Virus record (IMG/VR): IMGVR_UViG_3300001765_000052
DNA length: 64,000 nucleotides
Reading direction: 5' to 3' (one strand)
Source: a virus
Every line of letters starts with the position of its first letter. Within the stretch, counting starts at the first letter, position 1. The notes under the pieces were generated by a model. That model saw only the letters and a program-made list of their open reading frames with translations, did not search any database and was not told the DNA's origin. Shown one piece after another: positions 40,151-50,987 of the stretch. A program made the position numbers and the translations under genes.

Positions 40151-40249
40151 TTTAATTATATTCAATCCTATATTACTACAATGAAATAACTATATTGTTT
40201 ACTGCAACTGCAAAATCATCCACCATTTATTTTTTTAGGAATTTTAATT

Positions 40250-40714
40250 ATGATTAATACAGAATATATAAATTTACAATCTTTCCTCAGAGAAAAGATT
40301 AAAGATGTTAGCATCAATAAAAAAGCAACCAGTATTGCTTTAGGCATTGCTATTTCTAGAATGATGCCACTACCGACATCTAATGTAGTTTCTCCGGATA
40401 CACATTATTCTAATGCAGTTGTTTATACTGCTAATTTAATAGCATGTGAATTCAATGAAAATATTGTTATCGATATCGATTTAGTAGGTCAAACTGCTAG
40501 AAGTTATTGGATGATCAGATACACATATGCATATCCTGATATTGATGTACCTATGTTAGCTATTGGTGAATTTGGGTTCATATCTAAGATTAACAATGTG
40601 GGCAGATATATCAATGTAGATACTTATAAATTTTGCGACACTAATTCAGAACTAATGGTCGTTTTAGTTAACAGGCTCGTCCGGTTACTTAAAGATAAAA
40701 ATACTACAAACTAG
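40250..40714 (+). CDS. Conserved hypothetical/virion protein
   Basis: 154 aa, AGGA RBS, in structural block. Confidence 0.55.
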   Translation: MINTEYINLQSFLREKIKDVSINKKATSIALGIAISRMMPLPTSNVVSPDTHYSNAVVYTANLIACEFNENIVIDIDLVGQTARSYWMIRYTYAYPDIDVPMLAIGEFGFISKINNVGRYINVDTYKFCDTNSELMVVLVNRLVRLLKDKNTTN

Positions 40715-40769
40715 AATTTTTCAGTCACATATCACTAATTTGAATAGGTTACAATAAATGTCTTTATTG
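40711..40769 (+). promoter_or_regulatory. Early promoter plus UGUC-loop leader hairpin
   Basis: ctagaatttttcagtcacatatcactaatttgaat; caataaa-TGTC-tttattg. Confidence 0.7.
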
Positions 40770-40792
40770 GCTGTGTTCAACGGAGTATAAAA

Positions 40793-41029
40793 ATGATTGA
40801 GTTTGTAAATGATACACAGTCCTATTTATTTCAAAGTATGTGTGTATTACTAAAAGAGCCAAGTGAAATCCCGGGCTCTTTTTCTGTTAATAACTTCATC
40901 AAAAATGGTGAATTTGAGTATGCAAACCCGAGCGATGAGCTCATTTATATCCACCCACAGGGTGGGAAGAAAGACTGGGTTGAAAATCGCGGTATCAACC
41001 CGCCCGCCACAGTGTGGGAAGAAATGTAA
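40793..41029 (+). CDS. Small early hypothetical protein
   Basis: 78 aa, GGAG RBS, own promoter and terminator. Confidence 0.65.
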   Translation: MIEFVNDTQSYLFQSMCVLLKEPSEIPGSFSVNNFIKNGEFEYANPSDELIYIHPQGGKKDWVENRGINPPATVWEEM

Positions 41030-41032
41030 CAT

Positions 41033-41068
41033 ATACAGGCTACAGTGCAATTGCACTGTAGCCTGTAT
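41033..41068. terminator. 36-bp perfect palindrome between convergent genes
   Basis: atacaggctacagtgcaa|ttgcactgtagcctgtat. Confidence 0.75.
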
Positions 41069-41083
41069 GCTGTATTTTATTTT

Positions 41084-44035
41084 TTATTTATTTACAGAAT
41101 GGTTAATATAAACTATCGTTATATCTTCTTCTACTACCATTTTGTTATCAGGTAAAAGTGTTAATTTTTTCTTAATGCTACAACTATTTGATTTATCGAG
41201 AATAGTGAAAGCCTTTAAATCTTTATTACCACTAATACCGTTTAACTCTACGTTAATAACATCGGAGTCATATTCTGTCATTAATTTACTCTCAATTGCA
41301 GAAACAGAAATAACAATATTTTTTAGTGCTTCATCTAATATTCTAATAGTCGATTTGCTAAGAGAATCTAGAAGTGATTGATTATTATAAGTTAATGTAT
41401 TTACATGTAATTTAACTAACAATGATTGTCCTGCAGGTATTGTTGCTTCAATCCCATTAAGTGTTAATACACGTATATCACCCAATGTAACTTTCGGGAA
41501 AAAGTATATTTTTGTTTGATCTAATAGTGTAGAATTAAATTTGATTAAATCAACAGTGATCCAATTTAACAGTGAATCCGTAATTGATTTAATATAATCA
41601 GTTACAACCGGGTCATTTGAAAAATAGTAAGCGCCATCAATTGTTAAGATATCAATATCTCTAATTAATTCTCTTTTATAGTTTTGGACAGGTATGGGTA
41701 GACCATATGAATCTGTCATAATTTCACCAATATTGTATTTAAAGACAGGTACCAAATTTTGATCTAAAATTGGGTCTCCTTTTGAATGCAATAAAACAAA
41801 AACCGGTTTACCATTTGTATCTAAGAGTATTTTACCATCTGTATCCAATTTAAATATAGATCCAGTTATAGGATCTTTTTCATAGACATCATTTTCATAA
41901 ACAGCTGGTATATTTGCAGTGTACCTTTGATACGGTATTTCTTCAACAAAACTTCTAGATTGTACCCATAGGTTATCTAATGAAAAACCAAATCTAATTT
42001 TAATTTTTTCGTGTGTTATACCTTTAGCATTTAATGGTAATTGGAATACACCTAGTTCATCATCTATTTGACTCCTAACCCAACCAGATGGCATAGTTTC
42101 AGTTGTAATAAAATAAACATCCATTTCTTGTAGCAACTGACTTTTTATTTCTAATGAACTAGAAATATATTCAAATGATCCTACATTCAAATAACCATAT
42201 GCATCAATATTAAAATTTGAATTAATTTCAAATTTAAACATTCTTTCTTTCGTGTTATCATCTACCCCAATAAGTGTACCCAACATATATGATTTTTCAA
42301 AATAATTTTTATAATTAAAACCAATTTGAACCATTACTTGGTTATCAAGTAAATTTTTATAAGTAGCTGATGATTTTACACTAAATGTTAACGTAAAACC
42401 ACTTTCAGTTTTCCTTACTGAATAAGCAGATGACATTGATACTTGTAGACCAGTACTTACATTTTCTTCTACGAAACTTTTTGTTTCTATAACTGGAGAA
42501 TCTAAATAATAAGGTCTAACTTCAAAAGTTTCACCACTGTAATCTAATATATAGTGAAATGGTGAATAAAAATAACTACCATTTGTTATTTTTGCACATT
42601 TTTGGGAACGTGGTAATTCATTGATATAATTATATTCTATTTTTGAAATAGGTTTAATAACACCATTGACGTTAGAGTATACTACATCTGGGGTTAATGT
42701 AATACTATCTGTATTAGATATCACACCATAACAATTAATAACTTCAGATATTTTAAATAATACGCTTGACATACTAGCAGATGCGGCTGTAATAATTTTT
42801 GTATCTGCTGGTTTAGGTAGATTACGTGTAGCCAAATATATACGATTTGTTACTGTGTCAATATTCCTAACTACTTCGTATCCGTTATCTTCAAGTGTAG
42901 TTTTTAATTGTATGTTTGTTACGGGTAAACTATGAACACCAATTGCATTTTGAATAACTCTACTCCTGAGCTCTAAGAAACCTAATGCGGATCTTCCACC
43001 AAATACATGTGTTGTTGAATATACAGCAATTGTTTTAAAACTACGAATAGGTGTTGTATAAGTATTATCGTCTACTTTATTAATGTTAAACCAATTTGCG
43101 TTAAAACTATCTAGGTTATAGTTACCCAATAACATATCGAGATAACCTTTAGTTTGGTATATATCTATGCGAAGTTTACCTTTTATCATATTTGTATTTA
43201 TATATATTACAGGTATAGATACTTTAACCAATTTATCTAAAACGGTAATAACTGCTGTAGGTGTATATATATCGTAGACTTGTTGAGTGTGTGTAGTTTG
43301 AATTTCGTTATATACGCCCAAACTATCTTGAATGTAGCATCTTGCATAATAAAAATCATCTTCTATAGCAATATCTGTTTTAAAACCACTTGCTGATGTA
43401 ATTTGATTGTAACTAGTTATAATACTAAATTGACTAGCCTCTACATCAAACTTTATATATTTTAAATTACTAGAATCAGTAATTTCTTCCCATTGTACTA
43501 TATTTGTAGACAAAGTTTGCAATGGGGACACTTGTGATGTATCGTAGACAATCTGTAAACCACCATGATTTAATAACCGAATATCAATTGGATACTGTAA
43601 ACTAAATACTACATCTGCAATTGTAAAATATGTATTTCTCGGTATTGTTATTTTACGTATACCTGTAATTGGTTCTAATACTAACTTTGGTAACAATTCA
43701 TCTTTAAGTAATATAATTGTAAATATTGCAGAAGACGGTGAAGCAAATCGACCTATATAATCTTTATCGCTCATATGTAAATACAAGTCTTCATCTGTAA
43801 GTGATGCAGATGGATAAAGTCGCCTGGTACTAGCTTCATTTTGTTGCATAAATGCAGCTGTATTTGTAGCTGTATTTTCCAAGCAAAATATAAATGGATT
43901 TGTAGGGTCCACTATATTTACTTCATCATTTGATGCAATTCTTAAAGCCTCCAGTGCGACTCTTTGTATCATAACCGGGTTAAATTTATATTTTTCAATA
44001 TCACCAATAACACTAGATATAGTTATGTCAGCCAT
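41084..44035 (-). CDS. Large virion structural protein, probable baseplate wedge (phiKZ gp87-like)
   Basis: 983 aa, DPTNPF..LE, LY.HMSD.DY..RF..PS, GG...L...ELR.R; synteny. Confidence 0.65.
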   Translation of the reverse strand: MADITISSVIGDIEKYKFNPVMIQRVALEALRIASNDEVNIVDPTNPFIFCLENTATNTAAFMQQNEASTRRLYPSASLTDEDLYLHMSDKDYIGRFASPSSAIFTIILLKDELLPKLVLEPITGIRKITIPRNTYFTIADVVFSLQYPIDIRLLNHGGLQIVYDTSQVSPLQTLSTNIVQWEEITDSSNLKYIKFDVEASQFSIITSYNQITSASGFKTDIAIEDDFYYARCYIQDSLGVYNEIQTTHTQQVYDIYTPTAVITVLDKLVKVSIPVIYINTNMIKGKLRIDIYQTKGYLDMLLGNYNLDSFNANWFNINKVDDNTYTTPIRSFKTIAVYSTTHVFGGRSALGFLELRSRVIQNAIGVHSLPVTNIQLKTTLEDNGYEVVRNIDTVTNRIYLATRNLPKPADTKIITAASASMSSVLFKISEVINCYGVISNTDSITLTPDVVYSNVNGVIKPISKIEYNYINELPRSQKCAKITNGSYFYSPFHYILDYSGETFEVRPYYLDSPVIETKSFVEENVSTGLQVSMSSAYSVRKTESGFTLTFSVKSSATYKNLLDNQVMVQIGFNYKNYFEKSYMLGTLIGVDDNTKERMFKFEINSNFNIDAYGYLNVGSFEYISSSLEIKSQLLQEMDVYFITTETMPSGWVRSQIDDELGVFQLPLNAKGITHEKIKIRFGFSLDNLWVQSRSFVEEIPYQRYTANIPAVYENDVYEKDPITGSIFKLDTDGKILLDTNGKPVFVLLHSKGDPILDQNLVPVFKYNIGEIMTDSYGLPIPVQNYKRELIRDIDILTIDGAYYFSNDPVVTDYIKSITDSLLNWITVDLIKFNSTLLDQTKIYFFPKVTLGDIRVLTLNGIEATIPAGQSLLVKLHVNTLTYNNQSLLDSLSKSTIRILDEALKNIVISVSAIESKLMTEYDSDVINVELNGISGNKDLKAFTILDKSNSCSIKKKLTLLPDNKMVVEEDITIVYINHSVNK

Positions 44036-44052
44036 TTTTTAAACCTTTTATT

Positions 44053-45093
44053 TTATACTGTTAAATTAATTGAAGATGAATGTCGTTTATAATTATCTGT
44101 AACATTCTCGTAATCACTAGAAAACACGTACCATTCTAATTCATAACCTTTTGTATCTATTCGAGGGTAACCTTTAAAATTAAATAGATGTAAAAAGCTG
44201 GAATCTACTTTTATTAGATCCGATCTTTTACGCATGCTTGGGTTGAATATTTCAACAACCGTGTTGAATTCATGAATAATAATATCATCTTGGTAACACG
44301 CCCCAACACATTTAAAATTAATAGTAATATCTTTATTTGTTTGATTAACTGGTTCCTCACTCTCAAAATTAAATGCAGCCCCCATTGGTATAGAGTATGG
44401 ATAAGCTGCACCAGTACAACCAATTTTTTGCACATATTTTTTATTTGAATCTAGTACTAATCTGTATATCCTAGTTTGATAATCGATTTCATTTTTAATA
44501 ATAAAATCAGGATAAGGAACTAAAATACCTTGAAACACTAAAGATTGATATAAAGTCCATGTATGAAATAAAGAAGTAATTGGATCTGATACCATGTTCC
44601 TAAAGTTAGCCGTTATATCGTATGACGAGTAAATGTCAGCTGTACTGTCTACTTGAGTAAAAACTTCCTTATATGCACCCGGTTTACTTTGATATGTATC
44701 TATTGCTATATCTGGCCAACCACTGCAAGATAATAAGTGATTCGTTAGTAAAGGTATAAAAGCACACATCGGATCCACAAATGGGGATTTAACACTCGAT
44801 GTATCATTATTTAATCTTGGGTCTAGATAACATCGTATTATTCTTTGTATACTTTCGGCTTTTGTATTAAGTAATGGTATAAATTTTCTATGTGATCGAA
44901 TATTTCCAGAATTTAAATTTAACTGTGGTCTAGTAAAAAAAGTTAAACCATAATAATCTTTATTAATTGGTACTGGACCAGGTTGTTGTCTATGGTCTAT
45001 TCCATAAAAAACATTACCTATAGCACGATCAAGTGTGCCCAACTGTGTGGACTTAAATATATCGTCTAATGTAGTATTTATTAGTTTTGACAT
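44053..45093 (-). CDS. Virion structural protein, tail-tube/baseplate-like (gp88-like)
   Basis: 346 aa, GLTFFTRPQLNL, DYQTRIYRLVLD; synteny. Confidence 0.6.
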   Translation of the reverse strand: MSKLINTTLDDIFKSTQLGTLDRAIGNVFYGIDHRQQPGPVPINKDYYGLTFFTRPQLNLNSGNIRSHRKFIPLLNTKAESIQRIIRCYLDPRLNNDTSSVKSPFVDPMCAFIPLLTNHLLSCSGWPDIAIDTYQSKPGAYKEVFTQVDSTADIYSSYDITANFRNMVSDPITSLFHTWTLYQSLVFQGILVPYPDFIIKNEIDYQTRIYRLVLDSNKKYVQKIGCTGAAYPYSIPMGAAFNFESEEPVNQTNKDITINFKCVGACYQDDIIIHEFNTVVEIFNPSMRKRSDLIKVDSSFLHLFNFKGYPRIDTKGYELEWYVFSSDYENVTDNYKRHSSSINLTV

Positions 45094-45127
45094 TTTTTAA
45101 ACATTTTCTATTTTAAGGATAATTTAT

Positions 45128-46240
45128 ATGGACCCAATGACAGCTGCAACCGGTGCGATCACTATTGCAAACCAGATATATAAAAACAGAGATTCAATTT
45201 CTAGCGCCGCAAAAAGTGTTACAAAATCGTCACTTATTGACATCTCAAAAATGGCACGTGTTGAACCAATTTGTTTAGTAGATGCAGACGTAGTAAATTT
45301 AGAATATATAGTAGATATAATGCAATCATTGCAATCTATGTTTTCGGGTTATTATTTACAAGCAATTGCATTAACAGGTAACGTCGGAAACATAAATGTT
45401 TCAAAAATACTAGAGCCTCTCAATCCAAATCGAGGTAATATCTTTGATTTTGAATGTTTAAAACCTGATATTAGGTTATCACAAGAGTCTTATAGATACC
45501 GTCTTCCGACTAGAAAAAATATTTTAGCTATTACATTAGAATCAAATAATGTAGAAAACTCAACATCAACCGATGTAACAAAATCCATTTCAGAAATGAA
45601 TAATCTTAGTGTAGGTAAATTGTACGATGTTACACTTAGTGACGGACAAAAACAAAATGACATTAAAATTAAAGTAGCTATTCGTTTAATGGTTAATAGG
45701 ATATCAACTAATGTTATGGTTAATTTATTAACATTTAAAGACCAATTTGACATGGATATGAAGGAACGATATCATGCATGGCGTGCTGGTAGACTAGGTT
45801 TTATTAAAGATTTAATTCTTTGTAAGGATCTTATAGACAAACATCGTTCCACTTTAATAAAAGATAAATCTGGAATTTACGAGCAAATTATTAATCGAGA
45901 AAACAATAATTTCAGAGCTGGTTTATTTACTCAAAACCCTTCACTCGCAACTGCATCAAATCTGGTTGTCACTTCTAGTGATACTATCGCACTTATTGAA
46001 CAAAAGATTGGGGCTAAATTTTCTAATTATAAAACACGGCAACAAATATTCGATAATACTAATTTAATGATTATGGCTGTTGTTCATAAAGATTGGGAGA
46101 GGGTTATTTTTTATCACCGTGGTATTCATGAAAGTAGTGAAGTAAGCATTAAAGATATAAAAGTATCTAATAAAAACAATGGTCCAGATATCGGGGATAT
46201 TCTAAAAGCATATAGCGCTGGTGCAGGTCCAAGTCTTTGA
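45128..46240 (+). CDS. Internal head protein (gp89-like)
   Basis: 370 aa, ARVEPI, YYLQAI, internal SxE/TLE putative protease sites. Confidence 0.6.
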   Translation: MDPMTAATGAITIANQIYKNRDSISSAAKSVTKSSLIDISKMARVEPICLVDADVVNLEYIVDIMQSLQSMFSGYYLQAIALTGNVGNINVSKILEPLNPNRGNIFDFECLKPDIRLSQESYRYRLPTRKNILAITLESNNVENSTSTDVTKSISEMNNLSVGKLYDVTLSDGQKQNDIKIKVAIRLMVNRISTNVMVNLLTFKDQFDMDMKERYHAWRAGRLGFIKDLILCKDLIDKHRSTLIKDKSGIYEQIINRENNNFRAGLFTQNPSLATASNLVVTSSDTIALIEQKIGAKFSNYKTRQQIFDNTNLMIMAVVHKDWERVIFYHRGIHESSEVSIKDIKVSNKNNGPDIGDILKAYSAGAGPSL

Positions 46241-46261
46241 GTTTAAAAATAAAGGTAAAAA

Positions 46262-47197
46262 ATGAAATTTCTAGATTATATTAAATCATTAATGTCAGTA
46301 TTCAGTAAAGACGATATTGTCAAAAGCTGTGAACTTACACAAAGTAGTTTATCTCAGCACACAATACCGGCATATGCTGCTGCAGTTGAACTGTGGAAAG
46401 GTAAAAAATTTAAATCATCTGAAATCAGAGATTATGTCGCTTATTACGAGAGATCAGTTGGTGTTAACCGAACTGAGAATATGGTCGGATCTATACACAA
46501 TGCTTTGGTAAACTCATTAAATATATTAAATGCACTAGCTGATGATAGTAAAGTCACATATTCAGAAAAAGAAGCTAATATTAGCATGACTTACCTGAAA
46601 GTGACAACACTTAGAATTATTGAAGCAGCTGAATATGCTAATACATATTCCAGATGTCTTTTAAACTATATTTATTATCTTGAAACTATTGAAGTTAATG
46701 GTGACAAAAAACCAGATGATATTACCCCTGAAGAAGAAGCTCAAGCATATTATTCAGGTCTATCTCCTGCTGAAATAAAATGGCTTAAAGATGGTTTAAT
46801 GGATTTTTGTCTATGTATAAAAGTCATGAGTATGGATGTGAGTGTTATACGTAAACACCTTGAAAATTTACCAAACGCAAATATTACTGAACTAACGGAA
46901 AAAACATTCTCGACTACGATTGGTACTGGCAAACTAGATCCGTTTGAACTAAGACATTTTAGTGCAAAAGTAAATCCATTTTATTTATACGGAATGTTTA
47001 AAGCTGAAAAACAAGCAAAAAAATATAAAGCGGCTAAAACACAAGTAGAACTAATTCAACTCAGAAAATATAATTTAGAAAAACAATACAATAAAGAACC
47101 TGATGCTAAATTGGAAAAAGAAATAGCTTATATGCAAAATCGTTTATCTGGTTTAATTTTTGAAGTTGAGGAAATGGAAAAAGAATATGTCAGATAA
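46262..47197 (+). CDS. Virion head protein (gp90-like)
   Basis: 311 aa, NPFY..G and C-terminal coiled coil; synteny. Confidence 0.55.
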   Translation: MKFLDYIKSLMSVFSKDDIVKSCELTQSSLSQHTIPAYAAAVELWKGKKFKSSEIRDYVAYYERSVGVNRTENMVGSIHNALVNSLNILNALADDSKVTYSEKEANISMTYLKVTTLRIIEAAEYANTYSRCLLNYIYYLETIEVNGDKKPDDITPEEEAQAYYSGLSPAEIKWLKDGLMDFCLCIKVMSMDVSVIRKHLENLPNANITELTEKTFSTTIGTGKLDPFELRHFSAKVNPFYLYGMFKAEKQAKKYKAAKTQVELIQLRKYNLEKQYNKEPDAKLEKEIAYMQNRLSGLIFEVEEMEKEYVR

Positions 47198-47774
47198 TCA
47201 ATTGAAAATTTATCCAAGTGGGTTTTATGGTTCTAGCACAAACCCACAAACATTGCCATTGGATTTGATTAGTAAAGCTAAACAATTATTTAATAATGCA
47301 TTAATAACAAAAGTAAGTCCGTATACAGCAAGCTTAGATGTTATTGAATTATGGTCCACAGTTATTAATGATGAACCGGAATATAGTACATTTGAGTTCA
47401 AAGAAAATATTATTAAATGTGCATTATCTGTATTTGGTACAGAGAAATTAATTGATTGGATTGAAGCTCAACTTAATAGTCCTGAATATAGTGATAAACA
47501 TGCAAAATGGATTGATGAAACATTAAATTTTGTATTTAGTTCTAAGGTAAGAGATTTGAGCCACAATAATTGGATTACTTTATTAACAGCTGGAAATAAT
47601 ATTAGAATAAAATCTAATTATAGCGATACTGTAAAATATTATTTATTTAACAGAGGTATTCTAGAAAATAAATGTAATATGACCATTCGTAGTTTTATAC
47701 TATCTTGGGTAAGAAACACTGATGGAATAAATGATTTAATGGCATCTTTAAATGTACTATATGGTAAACGTTAA
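47187..47774 (+). CDS. Conserved hypothetical/virion protein (gp91-like)
   Basis: ATG 47187 (MSDNQLKIYPSGFYG) overlaps previous stop region. Confidence 0.55.
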   Translation: MSDNQLKIYPSGFYGSSTNPQTLPLDLISKAKQLFNNALITKVSPYTASLDVIELWSTVINDEPEYSTFEFKENIIKCALSVFGTEKLIDWIEAQLNSPEYSDKHAKWIDETLNFVFSSKVRDLSHNNWITLLTAGNNIRIKSNYSDTVKYYLFNRGILENKCNMTIRSFILSWVRNTDGINDLMASLNVLYGKR

Positions 47775-47790
47775 AGGAGATTAAATTAAT

Positions 47791-49311
47791 ATGAAACTTA
47801 AGCCTTTATTGTTAGACATTGAACAGAATGAAGCTAACAAAGAAATAAATGAAATAGAAAATACAGGCTCATTAATACAACCAATTGAAACAGATAGTGA
47901 TTACGGAGACCTTTTAGCGTCCGATGAAAAAGGTATTATTTTATCAGAACAAATAAATAATGAAATAGATGCTGATGTGGCACTGGAAACTATAAGTAAT
48001 TATTTAAAACAATCTTCCGTTAATAGTATATACGATAAACATACATTGAATATGACCAATGTTGCTATTGAGGCTATTTATAATAGAGTTAATATTAGAG
48101 CAGAAAACCTTACGTTTTCAATGGAAAATTATTCGAGTGATCCGAAAGAAACTATTCGTTTAGCATTGGAAGATATTAAAGAAAAAGCGGCTGCACTTTG
48201 GTTAGCAGTTAAAGAAAAAATTACATTGCTTGCTAAGTTCCTTGGTGAAAAGATGAATTATTTTAAACGTAATTTATCAAATATGAGAGCAAACGTAGTT
48301 AGATTAGAAAAAATTCTAGGTACAATTGATCGATCAGAACAGGCTAAATCAAAATACCTTAAACCTCAAAACTGGTTTATAGACTTGATGTATTCCGACA
48401 AAGGGATGCCAATTGGATTAACTGGTATCGGAAAAGCCATAGAAGACCTTATACACAGTCATCGTAAAATGGCTACAACCAGTGTAAACAAGTATACTAA
48501 GTGGCTTTTAGCTAATTATAAACAAGCGCAATCCGATAGTAAAGCTTTTGGTACATTAAAAATAAGCCCATCTGAATTTATACTACAGGGATCTTCTGAA
48601 TTTAATCGATCTATTGGGCTTAAGCGGCCACTTGGGGATAATGTATTTTACAGAGGGAAAGAGCTTCCAGGTAACAAAGCTTTTTATACCCAAGTGAGAC
48701 CTAAAGATAAAATAGGGATATCGTCTATTGGTACAATCGCGGATGTTGGATTTGGTATATACGATTATGACCCACAAAGTTATAGATTAAATAGGTTAAA
48801 TTTATATAATATATCCAAAATAAGTACAATAAGTTGGGTAGCTTCAATGGTGTTAACTTTTCCACTAATTGGTGTAACAGTAGGCGCAAGTGTAGCGTCT
48901 TTAGGTCCTGCTTTGTATGCAATTTATAAAAGTTCTGCTATTGCAGAAACCGGAAATAATGTTCGAATTGATAAGAGTATGGTTTTTGAAACACTTACTA
49001 TTGATCAAATTAAGAATGTGTTAAATGAAGTAAACAAAGGTATCAAAGAGTTACATAATTGGCACAATGATGTTTTTGAAAACAACTGGAAGAAACCTGA
49101 ACTTGATAGTATTATTAACAATATAACTGGGTTAGATAGAATTGAAGTTAATAACAATTCTAGTTTCCGGGCATTGAAAAGATATTGTATGGCACTATTA
49201 AATCTAATGAATTCAACTACTATCGGTGTTCATGCTTATGCATTTAAAACGTATGGTGCAATGATAAATTACGCAGATAAATCACTTAAACAGTATAAAC
49301 CTAAGGAATAA
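47791..49311 (+). CDS. Internal head/inner-body protein with acidic propeptide
   Basis: ALE, SME, ALED sites typical of phiKZ gp175-type protease substrates (S/A/G-x-E). Confidence 0.65.
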   Translation: MKLKPLLLDIEQNEANKEINEIENTGSLIQPIETDSDYGDLLASDEKGIILSEQINNEIDADVALETISNYLKQSSVNSIYDKHTLNMTNVAIEAIYNRVNIRAENLTFSMENYSSDPKETIRLALEDIKEKAAALWLAVKEKITLLAKFLGEKMNYFKRNLSNMRANVVRLEKILGTIDRSEQAKSKYLKPQNWFIDLMYSDKGMPIGLTGIGKAIEDLIHSHRKMATTSVNKYTKWLLANYKQAQSDSKAFGTLKISPSEFILQGSSEFNRSIGLKRPLGDNVFYRGKELPGNKAFYTQVRPKDKIGISSIGTIADVGFGIYDYDPQSYRLNRLNLYNISKISTISWVASMVLTFPLIGVTVGASVASLGPALYAIYKSSAIAETGNNVRIDKSMVFETLTIDQIKNVLNEVNKGIKELHNWHNDVFENNWKKPELDSIINNITGLDRIEVNNNSSFRALKRYCMALLNLMNSTTIGVHAYAFKTYGAMINYADKSLKQYKPKE

Positions 49312-49315
49312 AAAT

Positions 49316-50836
49316 ATGAGTAGATTATATCTTTCGTTTGAAGATGATTCTAACGATGAAAATTATGAAACAGATGAAACTATTGAAAAAGAAACTGGTG
49401 AAACTGAAGACACTGAAATCAAAGAAGAACTGGTCATTGGTGAATTAAATGTCGACGATGTACACGAAGAAAAAATCGAAAAGTTAAACGAAGAAAATGA
49501 TATTAAAAGAGAAAGTGTAGATGATGCTCTAACTAGCACTACTGATTTAGCAGCTGTCGCAGAAGCATTATTTCTTGCTATAGAAAAAAATGGCCATGTT
49601 GATCACACTTCCGTATCCATTGCATCAATTATTCTAGAGTCACATAAAACTAGAATGGGTTTTAAAAAAAAGAAACCAATAATTACACTAGAGAATTTTA
49701 ATTTAAACAAAAATAATAATTCTAGAATAATTCTAGAAGATATTAAAGATGTGCTAAAGACAGTATGGGATGTTATTATTAGAGCCATTAAATCTTCTAT
49801 CGAATGGCTAAAAAGATTCTTTAGTCATTTGATTTATCAATTAGAAGATAAAACTGAAACCATTAAAAAGCTATCTACAAACATACTCAAACAAAGAAAC
49901 GATTATAAATCTAATGCTAAGAGTAGCAATGGAGTTAATAAGTCAGGCGATAAGCTATGGGAAAACAAGAAATACCATTTTGATAGAAGCAAATATTTAC
50001 TTTGTCCAATTATAGCTCGTATGTTTACGGTCGGCGATGACGTGATTAAGAGCGGTGAATTTGTAAGTGAATTCACGGAAATATCTTGGTTGGTTAATCC
50101 GAGTAAATCGAGCTATCAAAAAAGTTCAGAGATCTTTAACAACATGTTTGATAAAACATTTACTGGGACAGTTAAAGAAATTGTACAAAGTCAAATAGAT
50201 GGTACTGCGCTTAATAAAAAATTAAACTTTGATCCATATGACCTTATTTTAGATGAACATAATTTTATAGTAGAAACTTCTTTTTATGATAAACCAGTTA
50301 AAGCTGGAAATGTGTTCTATATAAGAAAACCATATCTAGGAAACTTTGTAATAGCTTATGAATTTAACAAGTGTTATCCAGCTGGGCAAGGACCAACTCT
50401 AAACAATGATCAGGTGTTAGAAAACATAAAGTCATGGGATATCCAAACATCAAGTGTAGCAGCAAAGAAATCAAATGATGGTTTTATCGAGTACCTTGAA
50501 GACGATATAATTGAAAATACAACTGATGTTGTATTATCGATTTTAGATGATCTTGGGAAATATCAGAAGTCACTAGATAAAATAGATACCTTTAAAAAAG
50601 ACATAACTGATATCGCTTCATTTGCGCGCTCCGCTCCTGAGAATAAAAATGGTTCACCGAATATGGTTACAACTAATTTAGTCATTGCTGCAATGACTAA
50701 TATTGTTGGATTAATGGATAAAAGCAGTGCTAAGTTTAACACTTATGCGATAGATCAATGTAATGCATGGTGCGAATTGTTAGAAGAAATATACAAAAAA
50801 GAAAAAGAAATCGCTGATGATAAACCAACAACTTAA
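49316..50836 (+). CDS. Internal head/inner-body protein paralog
   Basis: Acidic N-terminus, SFE/TLE/ILED sites followed by amphipathic helix. Confidence 0.65.
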   Translation: MSRLYLSFEDDSNDENYETDETIEKETGETEDTEIKEELVIGELNVDDVHEEKIEKLNEENDIKRESVDDALTSTTDLAAVAEALFLAIEKNGHVDHTSVSIASIILESHKTRMGFKKKKPIITLENFNLNKNNNSRIILEDIKDVLKTVWDVIIRAIKSSIEWLKRFFSHLIYQLEDKTETIKKLSTNILKQRNDYKSNAKSSNGVNKSGDKLWENKKYHFDRSKYLLCPIIARMFTVGDDVIKSGEFVSEFTEISWLVNPSKSSYQKSSEIFNNMFDKTFTGTVKEIVQSQIDGTALNKKLNFDPYDLILDEHNFIVETSFYDKPVKAGNVFYIRKPYLGNFVIAYEFNKCYPAGQGPTLNNDQVLENIKSWDIQTSSVAAKKSNDGFIEYLEDDIIENTTDVVLSILDDLGKYQKSLDKIDTFKKDITDIASFARSAPENKNGSPNMVTTNLVIAAMTNIVGLMDKSSAKFNTYAIDQCNAWCELLEEIYKKEKEIADDKPTT

Positions 50837-50885
50837 AAATACAATACTTAATATTAAGTTATTATTGTAGGTAATCACCTCAATA

Positions 50886-50987
50886 ATATGCTAGATAAAG
50901 CATTTACGTAAATTTTCTTTATATTGTTTTGGAGTATTTAAAATGGCTAGAATTGCAATTATGGCATTAGAGGGTATAGAAGAAGAA
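50886..50987 (+). repeat. ~100-bp duplicated late leader and N-terminal coding segment, copy 1
   Basis: atatgctagataaagcatttacgtaaatttt...atggctagaattgcaattatggcattaga; near-identical to 52258-52363. Confidence 0.9.
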